A stretch of DNA of 64,000 nt from an uncultured Gemmatimonadales bacterium (GTDB lineage: Bacteria; Gemmatimonadota; Gemmatimonadetes; Longimicrobiales; Gaopeijiaceae). Position 1 is the first letter of the stretch; each line of letters starts with the position of its first letter. Shown here piece by piece: positions 40,504 to 48,382 of this stretch. Position numbers and translations under genes: made by a program. The notes under the pieces are model-generated. The model had not been told where the DNA came from. It saw only the letters and a list, made by a program, of their open reading frames with translations, and made no database searches. The stretch covers positions 117,513 to 181,512 of the forward strand of contig CAWGKG010000008.1 in the NCBI GenBank assembly GCA_963823035.1, given 5' to 3'.

Positions 40504-41114
40504 GACTGTCCTCCTTCCGAAACCACGACCACCGAGGTCGGCGCTCCGAAGTCCGAGTCGGGTGCGCGGGGCGCGAACGCGTCCGGCATCCAGACGTCGT
40601 CGACGAGGAAGGCGTAGACGTGCCGCCCCGGGGTCAGGTGCACGTCCACCGACCACACCCCCGAGGGGGCGGTCCGGGCCAGGTGGGTCGTGCGCGCCTG
40701 CCAGTCGTTGAAGTCCCCGACGAGCGACACGGAGGTGGCGCCCGGCGCGACGAAGACGAACTGGACGGATCGCCCGGCCGTGGCGGCGGCGGGAGCGTCC
40801 GGGCGGGACCTCGGGTAGGCCAGCGAGGTGAGGAGGACGGCGAGGACGACGAGGGTCGCCGCCGCGGCGGTCCCGGCCAGCGGGCTCAGGCGTACCGTGC
40901 GGGGGTCGGTCAGCCACCCCCACGCCATGGCGATCGGTCCGGGGCGGAGCCGACGTGGGTGGCGTGCCGTGCGGGCGTGCTCCTCCCGGACCCGCGCCAT
41001 GACCCGGTCGCGCGCACCCTCCGGTTCCGCGGGTTGGCGACGGGCCGCCTCGACGAGGGCTTCCAGGCCCCGGGCGGTGTCCCCTCCGTCCACAACGTCC
41101 TCGTCATCGATCAT
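40500..41114 (-). CDS. putative anti-sigma factor: cytoplasmic N-terminus, TM, extracytoplasmic CBM48/isoamylase early-set domain
   Basis: RDRVMARV, TM, then VQFVFVAPGATSVSLVGDFNDW..GVWSV..PGRHVYAFLVD..DFG; overlaps the sigma stop. Confidence 0.8.
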   Translation of the reverse strand: MIDDEDVVDGGDTARGLEALVEAARRQPAEPEGARDRVMARVREEHARTARHPRRLRPGPIAMAWGWLTDPRTVRLSPLAGTAAAATLVVLAVLLTSLAYPRSRPDAPAAATAGRSVQFVFVAPGATSVSLVGDFNDWQARTTHLARTAPSGVWSVDVHLTPGRHVYAFLVDDVWMPDAFAPRAPDSDFGAPTSVVVVSEGGQS

Positions 41115-41633
41115 CGAGCGCCTCCTGGAGGCTGCCGCGTAGCGCGGCGCAGGCACGTGACACGCGCATCTTGAGGGCGGAGACGCCGTTTCCGGTCACC
41201 TCCGCCATCTCCTCGTAGCTGAGCTCTTCCATGTGCTTGAGCAGAAAGGCCTCGCGCAGCAGGGGCGGGAGACCGGACAACGCCGCGGTCAGCTCGTCGC
41301 GCCAGAGGACCCGCTCCTCCTCCGACGACGCCGTCGGTACCGCCGCTCCCCGGGGAGCGGGGGCGGACGGCGACGCCGCGCCGCCGAGCGACACCGGTTC
41401 AGGAGGATGCGGAACAGCCACTCCCGGAAGCGTCCCTCGTCGCGGTAGCGGGGTAGCGCACGATACGCGCGGATGAAGCTCTCCTGGACGGCATCCTCGG
41501 CCTCGTCGGCCTCGAGGAGCATGCGCAGGGCGTAGCGATAGCACCCGGCGTGGTAGCGGTCGACGAGGACCGCGAACGCATCCACGTCGCCCGAGCGCAC
41601 ACGCCGAACGACTTCGCTGTCCTGGAGGTTCAC
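41104..41633 (-). CDS. ECF sigma-70 family sigma factor; frameshift near 41350
   Basis: Region 2 (GDVDAFAVLVDRY, AEDAVQESFIRAY, FREWLFRILLN) in ORF 41289..41633; region 4 (LSYEEMAEVTG..ALKMRVSRA) in ORF 41104..41667. Confidence 0.9.
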
Positions 41634-41642
41634 GTGGAAGAA

Positions 41643-41670
41643 ACCCTCCGTGCGGGGCTTCCGTCACATG
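41643..41670 (-). promoter_or_regulatory. candidate ECF-dependent promoter of the sigma operon
   Basis: ATGTGACGG (41670-41662), N14, GGGTT (41647-41643), 9 nt before GTG 41633. Confidence 0.6.
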
Positions 41671-41749
41671 CCGAGGCGGCCGGTGGCGGAAGCGGGGGCT
41701 GCGACGTCGTCGCGACGGGGCGTCGGCCGGCCGGACCGGCGCCCCCCCG

Positions 41750-41777
41750 ATGTGACGGCGACGGAGCCGGCGGGGTT
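41750..41777 (+). promoter_or_regulatory. candidate ECF-dependent promoter of the divergent lipoprotein gene
   Basis: ATGTGACGG (41750-41758), N14, GGGTT (41773-41777); same motif and spacing as the minus-strand copy. Confidence 0.6.
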
Positions 41778-41824
41778 GTGTGGGTAGTGAGCGTCAGAAC
41801 GCGTGCGGCGACAGGAGGGGAGAG

Positions 41825-43188
41825 ATGGCCCGGCGGAGTGTGGTGGGGATCTGTGCCGTGGTGGTGGTGGGGTGGGTCCAGGCGGGCTGCGAGGATCCGG
41901 CGGGCGTCTCCCCGGATGCGACCTTCGCGCTCGTCGACGACCGCGTGGTCATCGCGGTCGGCGACCAGCTCACGCTCGACATGGAGGGGATGGACCAGGG
42001 GCGGGCGCTCGACCGCCGCGACGTGACGTGGACGAGCAGCGATCCGACGACGGTCGACGTGGACGACGGCGTCATCCGTGCCAGGGCCCCGGGCGTGGTC
42101 CTCGTCCGGGGCGAGGCGGGGCGGGCGAGGGACTCGGTGCGCGTGAGGGTTCGCCTTCGCGACCTCGAGGGGGGGCAGGTGGCGGCGCGGGTGCAGGGCT
42201 CGTCGGACGCGGGGGCGGACCGCTTCCGGGGCATTGCGTCCGTCAACGAGTCGCTCATCGGCGCGTTCCCCACGTTCTCCACCATCCGACAGCTGTCGGG
42301 CGAGCTCGGGGACCCCGAGACCTTCCAGATGGAGCTCAACATGCCGGGGACCCCCGAGGTGGGCGAGACCCTCCTGGGGGCCGCGAAGGTCATCGAGCTC
42401 GACGGGCACCTCGCTGATCTCGCTGGGCCAGGCGGGTGGCGTGGTTCTCTATCGGCCGGTCGAGGCGAGCCCGATGCGCTACGAGGCGTGGCTGGGCGTG
42501 GACGAACCGGAGCTCGAGATCGAGCGCGTGACCGCCGCGGACGGCCTCGAGGAGGGGAGCATCCGCGGGAACGTGAGCTTCGAGGCCGCCGGCCTCCTGA
42601 TGGAGACGGACGGGAGCGTGCAGCACGTGGTGCGGCCGTTGGCGGATACCACCGTGCACGTCTACATGGAGTTCGACGTGCCGCTCCGCCAGGCGTTGTC
42701 CGGCGGGGGTGACTTCGTCGCCACGGGTCCTTTCGGAAACGGCACGGGCACGCTCACCGGGGGGATCATGGGCGGAGGGGCGGGCGCCTGGATCCGGATG
42801 GGGGGCCTGATGCCTCCCGTGGACGGCGGGGAGGTGCCGGCCTGGTTGGCCAACGTCACGGTCTGGCTCCCCACGCTGGCGGAGGGAGATGATCGATCTG
42901 CCGCCCTCCGGCGGGGAGGTCGTGGGGCCCATCGTGCCGGAGGGTGCCAAGCCGTGGGTGCGCGCCGACTTCCGGCCGGTCAACGTGCCGCTCCCGGCCG
43001 GACCGCCGCGGACGGCCGTGTCGCGGAGCGGCGTGGTCTCGGTCACCCGCTTCACACCACCGGACGGCGCCGCGTGGGGCAGGCTCGAGGCACACTATGC
43101 GGTCACGCTGGAAGTGTGGGACGGCACGGCGTTCACCGGGGAGACGCTCACGCTGGAGGGGGACCTCCTCCTGCCCGTCGGGTCGTGA
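41825..43188 (+). CDS. lipoprotein with bacterial Ig-like (Big_2) domain; frameshifts near 42410 and 42890
   Basis: Lipobox QAGC; VTWTSSDPTTVDVDDGVIRARAPG; continues in ORFs 42234.. and 42889..43188; SD AGGAGG. Confidence 0.7.
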
Positions 43189-43205
43189 GGCGGAGGATCC
43201 CCGGG

Positions 43206-43811
43206 CTACGTCACCTTCTTACGGCGCGGCTGGGCGGATACTTGCGGCAGCCGGATCCCGTCCGTCGACACCTCGATGAGCTCGGCCAGCCGCCTCAGCC
43301 GCGTCTCCTCCCGCTTGGCGCTCGTCACCCAGTGCGTGGCGGTGCGGCGGTAGCCCGGCGGCTGTGCCTGGAAGAAGGCCCAGGCCTCCTTCTCGGCCTC
43401 GAAGCGTCGACTAGCTCGGGCGGGAAGGCGGTGACGCGCGCCTCGAAGGAGTACGGCGCGTGCTTCTTCGGGTCGAAGCGCGCGAAGGCCTCGGCGCCGG
43501 GCGGCTGGATACGTCCCTCGGCCTCGAGGCGCGCGTAGTGTCGAAGGTTCACGTCGCTCCACTTGCTCGCCGTGCTTGCGCGGGCGTGAAGCGGATGGAG
43601 TAGCTGACCTCGTCGACCTTCCTTCGCACGCCGTCGATCCACCCCCAGCACAGCGCCTCGTCCAGCGCCTCGCGGTAGGTGATGCCGCCTTGCCGCTTCC
43701 TTGTTGTAGAAGCCGACCAGCAGCTCGGACGCCTTGTCGTGGTTCTTCTCGAGCCAGGCGCGGAACGCCGCGGCGGTCCTGGAAAAGTCTGGGGGAGGGG
43801 GACGCGGTCAT
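43206..43811 (-). CDS. YdeI/OmpD-associated family protein; several frameshifts
   Basis: FRAWLEKNHDKASELLVGFY, EALDEALCWGWIDG, SKWSDVN, AWAFFQAQPPGYRR..WVTSAKREETRLRRL spread over three frames. Confidence 0.8.
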   Translation of the reverse strand: MTASPSPRLFQDRRGVPRLAREEPRQGVRAAGRLLQQGSGKAASPTARRWTRRCAGGGSTACEGRSTRSATPSASRPRKHGEQVERREPSTLRAPRGRGTYPAARRRGLRALRPEEARAVLLRGARHRLPARASRRFEAEKEAWAFFQAQPPGYRRTATHWVTSAKREETRLRRLAELIEVSTDGIRLPQVSAQPRRKKVT

Positions 43812-43818
43812 CCGGCCA

Positions 43819-45042
43819 TCAGTCCGTCGGCGAGCCCTCCAGCAGCCCCTCCAGCGGCTCCTCGCGCGCGCCGTTCTCGTCGCAGACCGCGAAGGTCCTC
43901 TCCCCCGAGCCGTAGAGCGCCACGCCCGCGTACGTCGCCCGCCTTGTTCAGGATGAAGAAGCGCAGGTCGAAGTTCGGAAGGCCCCGCTCGTTCAGGAGG
44001 CGCGCCTCCACCGTGTTCGTCCGGACGCGCTTCAGCGCGGCCATGCCCGCGTCCTTCGGGCTCATGCCGTTGCGCATGTTCTCGACGATGAGGAACGGCG
44101 CACAGGTTGAAGAGGTTGGCCTCGCCCCGCCCGGTCGAGCCGCAGGCGCCCGACGTCGTTGTCCACGTACTGACCGGCGCCGAGGATGGGCGAGTCGCCG
44201 GCGCGGCCCGGGATCTTCCAGGCGAGCCCGCTCGTGGTCGTGATCGCCGCAGATGTCGCCGCGCGGCGTCCACCGCCTCGAGGCTCGTCGTGCCCCAGAA
44301 GGAGTGCTCGGGGATGAGCCCGTCGCGCACCATCGACAGCCCGGCGTCGAGCGAGGCGCGCGCGAACGCCGCGGTGCGCTCGCGCATCTCCTGGCGGCTG
44401 CGCCGGATGCGGTCCGGGTCCGTCTCGGTGCGTCCGCGGTCGACGCCCTTCAGGCGCTCCTCGGGGTCGAGCCAGTGGCTCGGGTCGACCCGCCGGCGCC
44501 ACTCCATCCACAGCGCGCGGGAGCGCTCCGTGTTGAGGTCGTCCTCGATCTCGAAGCCGATGTCGCGGGCGAACTTCGTGGCGCCCGCGCCCACGATCAG
44601 GTGGTGGTCGGTGAGCTCGGCCACCGCCTGGGCCACCTTCGAGGGCGTGCGCACGCCCTCGATGGCCGCGACGCCGCCGGCCCACTTGTTGGGTCCGTGC
44701 ATGCAGCAGGAGTCGAGCTGCACGACGCCGTCCGCGTTGGGGAGCCCGCCGTAGCCGATGCCCGTCTCCTCCGGGTCGAGCTCGGGGATGTTCACGCCGG
44801 CCACCAACGCGTCCAGGAGGTCCTCGCCCTGCGGTGATGCCGCGGAAGGCGCGCTCGATGCCGCTCTCCGGCCCCCCGTTCTTGAAGCGGATGCTGCTCA
44901 CGTCGGCGACGAGCACCGGGCGGTTGGCCCTGCGCACGAGCACCTCCGGCGCGCGGTGGACGGCCTCGGCGCTCAGGGAGGCGGGGACGGCGGCGGCGGC
45001 CAGGCCGGCGGCCGTGCTCTTCACGAAGTCTCGACGTTCCAT
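43819..45042 (-). CDS. N(4)-(beta-N-acetylglucosaminyl)-L-asparaginase / Ntn asparaginase with Tat signal; several frameshifts
   Basis: ERRDFVK Tat motif; GYGGLPNADGVVQLD, TTTSGLAWKIPGRAGDSPILGAG, STGRGEAN. Confidence 0.88.
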
Positions 45043-45154
45043 GGTGTTCGTCCTGGTGTCGTGCGTTGACCGGGTCGTGGCGCGTGTCCGGACAGAGTAC
45101 CACGAGCGTGCGGGGGCGGCGACCGCGCCCCTTGGAGAAGGGCCGGCCATGGCC

Positions 45155-45183
45155 TTGACGCGATTATGCCAAGGCTGTAATGT
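45155..45183 (+). promoter_or_regulatory. sigma70-type promoter of marR (leaderless geometry)
   Basis: TTGACG (45155-45160), 17 nt, TAATGT (45178-45183), ATG at 45190; TTCA-ccca-TGAA palindrome at 45183-45194. Confidence 0.6.
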
Positions 45184-45189
45184 TCACCC

Positions 45190-45627
45190 ATGAATGACAT
45201 GAGGAGCGGTGGACGGAACATGGACCCGGGCGGGTTGATGTTCACGCTGATCGAGAAGGGTGGGCAGCTCCAGGGACGCCTGGAGGAAGCCCTCGGCGGC
45301 GTCGGTCTGTCGCTCGCGAAGCACGGCGTCCTCGCGACGCTGGTGGAGGAAGGGGCGCCGATGGCGCTCAGCGAGCTGGCCGCGCGCCAGAAGTGCGTGC
45401 GGTCCAACATCACGCAGCTCGTCGATCGCCTCGAGGGCGACGGGCTCGTGCGCAGGGAGCCCGACCCGGCGGATCGAAGGAGCATCCGGGCGGTGCTCAC
45501 CGACGAAGGGAGGGCACGGGAGCATGCTGGTGCGGAGGAGATCCGGAAGGCGAAGGCCGCGTTCCTCGAAGGGATTCCGGCCCCCGACCTGGACACGCTG
45601 CGCCGGCTTCTCGAGCGCGTGGAGTAG
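45190..45627 (+). CDS. MarR-family transcriptional regulator
   Basis: LSELAA..RSNITQLVDRLEGDGLVRREPDPADRRSIRAVLTDEG. Confidence 0.93.
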   Translation: MNDMRSGGRNMDPGGLMFTLIEKGGQLQGRLEEALGGVGLSLAKHGVLATLVEEGAPMALSELAARQKCVRSNITQLVDRLEGDGLVRREPDPADRRSIRAVLTDEGRAREHAGAEEIRKAKAAFLEGIPAPDLDTLRRLLERVE

Positions 45628-45641
45628 GCTTTTTTTTCGAA

Positions 45642-45680
45642 TGATGATTCAGTTATGGACAATCCATGACAAGATCATCA
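45642..45680. promoter_or_regulatory. symmetric AT-rich inverted repeat upstream of doxX (candidate MarR operator)
   Basis: TGATGAT-N6-ATGGA-caa-TCCAT-N6-ATCATCA with exactly symmetric spacing. Confidence 0.55.
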
Positions 45681-45714
45681 AACCACGAAGCATTAACCAG
45701 TGGAGTACACGATC

Positions 45715-46197
45715 ATGAGCACCTGGACGACCACCTTGGAGTCCGTCAGCATCCCTCGCCCGCGCGCGGCGCACCTCGAGGGAGGCACGTCGCTGCTCGA
45801 CCTCGTCGTCCCCCTCGGGCGGGTCCTGTTCGCGACCATCTTCCTCACGGCGGGCCTCGGGCACTTCTCGGCCGGCACGATCGCCTACGCGGCTTCACAG
45901 GGCCTCCCGGCCGCCGGCATCCTGGTACCGCTGTCCGGAGTGATCGCGCTGATCGGGGGCCTGAGCGTCGTGCTCGGCTATCGCGTGCGCGTCGGGGCCT
46001 GGCTGCTCGTGCTCTTCCTCGTCCCCGTGACGTTGAAGATGCACGCCTTCTGGGCGGTGCAGGATCCGACCATGGCCCAGATGCAGCAGGTCATGTTCAT
46101 GAAGAACGTCTCGATGCTGGGTGCGGCGCTGCTCCTCGCCCGCGCGGGCGCCGGTCCGTTCAGCCTCGACGCGCGCCGGGCGGCCCGGAGCGCGTAG
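45715..46197 (+). CDS. DoxX-family membrane protein
   Basis: LGRVLFATIF, HAFW, FMKNVSMLGAAL, GAGPFSLD. Confidence 0.9.
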   Translation: MSTWTTTLESVSIPRPRAAHLEGGTSLLDLVVPLGRVLFATIFLTAGLGHFSAGTIAYAASQGLPAAGILVPLSGVIALIGGLSVVLGYRVRVGAWLLVLFLVPVTLKMHAFWAVQDPTMAQMQQVMFMKNVSMLGAALLLARAGAGPFSLDARRAARSA

Positions 46198-46282
46198 GGT
46201 CCTTGACCCGACCCCGGATGGGGCCCCCATCCGATGCCGTCAGGGCGCCTTCTGGGCCGCCGGGTCCCCGCGGTCGCGCCAG

Positions 46283-46810
46283 CTAGCGCCACCGCTCCAG
46301 CGTCGGGTTGCGGTTGTACGCCTCGGACCCGCCCGGGGGGATGCTCAGGAAGCGCCAGGTGTCGCCGCGGATGTTGCGCGCCAGCAGGATGATCTGCCCC
46401 ACGTGGTAGCTCAGGTGGGCGAGTGAGCGCGCGAGCGCTTCGGCGACGCTGAGCGACACGCCGCGGATGCGGACCTCGCGGGAGAGGTCCGCATCCGTGA
46501 GCCCGTCCAGCGCGGCGTCGAGGATGGACCACCCGCGCGCCCACTTCTCGAGCAGCTCCGCGCGCGTGACCGTGCGCGCGCTGAACTCCTCCTCGCGGCG
46601 GCGCCACGGCTTCTCGCCGTCCGTGGTGAGGAACTCGGTGAAGCGGGACTCGAAGTTGCCGGACACGTGCCAGGCGAGGATCGCGATGGAGTTCCCCCCG
46701 GGAGCCGACAGGAGGTTGAGCTCGCGGTCCTCGAGCTGGGCGAACGCGTCCTCCGCCTTCGATCGATAGCGCTTGAACTCGATCGCGAATGCGGAGAGGA
46801 TGGCGCACAT
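46283..46810 (-). CDS. DinB-like / DUF1572 protein
   Basis: NSIAILAWHVSGN, RFTEFLTTDGEKPWR, HLSYHVGQI. Confidence 0.88.
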   Translation of the reverse strand: MCAILSAFAIEFKRYRSKAEDAFAQLEDRELNLLSAPGGNSIAILAWHVSGNFESRFTEFLTTDGEKPWRRREEEFSARTVTRAELLEKWARGWSILDAALDGLTDADLSREVRIRGVSLSVAEALARSLAHLSYHVGQIILLARNIRGDTWRFLSIPPGGSEAYNRNPTLERWR

Positions 46811-46822
46811 GCTGACGGTCTC

Positions 46823-48382
46823 CTAGCGCCGCGGGGCGACGAGGGGCGGCGTGGTGGGTGGCGGCTTGCGGTGGTGTGTGGCCTGCTCGTAGGCGTAGGC
46901 GATGCGGATCAGGGTGGGCTCGCTCCACGCGTCGCCGAAGAGCTGCAGCCCGACCGGCAGGGTCTCGTCGCGGACGAAGCCCATGGGTACCGTCATCGCG
47001 GGGAATCCGGTGGGCGGTGACAGGGCCTGGCTGTTGTTGCCGTGCGGGGTGGTGAGATCGCCGACGAGGCGCGGGGGGTTGTTCCACGTCGGGTAGATCA
47101 GCGCGACGACGTCGGCTTCGCTCATCGCGCGGCGCACCGCCCCACGGAGCAGCTCTTCGGTGCGGTCGGAGTCGATGCAGCGCTCGTTCGTCTCCGGCGT
47201 GCCCTCGAACTCGAGGAAGGACTTCACCGTCGGCATCACCGTGACGTGGACCTTCCCGCCTTCCTCGATCTCCTTCAGCGTGTGCACCGGTGGGTCGGGC
47301 AGCGTGGCGAGGTAGCGCTCGATGTCGTAGCGGAAGCGCGGGCAGGAGAGGTGGCGGCGGAGCGAGTCGTAGGCGGGAACCGGCACGTCGTCGACGACCG
47401 TGGCGCCGAGGCGGCGCAGGTCGGCGACCGCCGCCTCGAAGCGCGCGACCACCTCGGAGTCGGCGGTCTCGGTGTAGACCAGCCAGCGCGGCACGCCGAC
47501 GCGCATCCCGCGGATGTCGGCGACGAGCGACGTCAGGTACGACGCGGGGCGGCGCGCGTCGGCCTCGGCGGTGACCGGGTCGGCCGGGTCGGTGTGCGCG
47601 ATCACGTCCAGCACGCGCGTGGCGTCCTCGACCGTGCGCATCATCGGGCCCGCGATGTCGCGGTCGGCGAAGAGCGGCATCACGCCGTCCCGGCTCGTCA
47701 GCCCCATGGTGGAGCGGATTCCCACGAGCGCCAGGTGGCTGGAGGGCCCGCGGATCGAGTTGCCGGTGTCGCTGCCCAGCCCGCCCAGACCGAAGTTGGC
47801 CGCCACCGCCGCCGCGGTGCCGCCGCTGGAGCCCGCGGTGACGCGGTTGAGGCGGTAGGGGTTGAAGGTCCAGCCGGGGAGCATCGAGCCGACCGTCTCC
47901 ATCGCCGTGAAGGCGAACTCCGCCATGTTCGACTTGGCCAGCACGATCGCGCCCGCGTCGCGGATCGCCTTCACCTGGTAGGCATCGTCCGCCGGGACGC
48001 TCCCCTCCAGGGAAGCCGATCCGCCCGTGGTCGGCATGTCGTGGGTGTCGAAGTTGTCCTTCACGATGAAGGGGATGCCGTGCAGCGGCCCCGTGAGGCG
48101 GCCGGTGCGGGCGAGCGCGGCGTCGAGTGAGTCGGCCCGCTCGAGCGCGTGCGGGTTCAGCATGATCAGGCTGTTGATCGACGGTCCGCGCTTGTCGTAC
48201 GCGTCGATGCGCGCGAGGTACGCCTCGACGAGCTGTCGGCTGGTGAGCGTGCCGGCGAGCATCGCCTTCTGGGCGTCGGCGATCGTCAGCTCCATGAGCT
48301 CGACCCCGCCGACGCGTTGGGCCCGAGCGGAGGAGGGCGCGAGGAGCGCCGCGGCGAGGAGGAGTCCCGGAATGCGCTTCAT
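46823..48382 (-). CDS. amidase signature family protein (secreted)
   Basis: GPLHGIPFIVKDN, GSSGGTAAAVAA, GSDTGNSIRGP. Confidence 0.92.
   Translation of the reverse strand: MKRIPGLLLAAALLAPSSARAQRVGGVELMELTIADAQKAMLAGTLTSRQLVEAYLARIDAYDKRGPSINSLIMLNPHALERADSLDAALARTGRLTGPLHGIPFIVKDNFDTHDMPTTGGSASLEGSVPADDAYQVKAIRDAGAIVLAKSNMAEFAFTAMETVGSMLPGWTFNPYRLNRVTAGSSGGTAAAVAANFGLGGLGSDTGNSIRGPSSHLALVGIRSTMGLTSRDGVMPLFADRDIAGPMMRTVEDATRVLDVIAHTDPADPVTAEADARRPASYLTSLVADIRGMRVGVPRWLVYTETADSEVVARFEAAVADLRRLGATVVDDVPVPAYDSLRRHLSCPRFRYDIERYLATLPDPPVHTLKEIEEGGKVHVTVMPTVKSFLEFEGTPETNERCIDSDRTEELLRGAVRRAMSEADVVALIYPTWNNPPRLVGDLTTPHGNNSQALSPPTGFPAMTVPMGFVRDETLPVGLQLFGDAWSEPTLIRIAYAYEQATHHRKPPPTTPPLVAPRR

Noticed and set aside
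34657..40617. 1986-aa plus-strand ORF, and other giant track ORFs such as 13625..17137, 48406..51291, 55216..58143 and 55433..59221
   Set aside because: Antisense or off-frame shadows of well-supported genes; Arg/Gly/Ala-rich, motif-free, and expected at this GC content (55433..59221 holds only the frameshifted MalK N-terminus).
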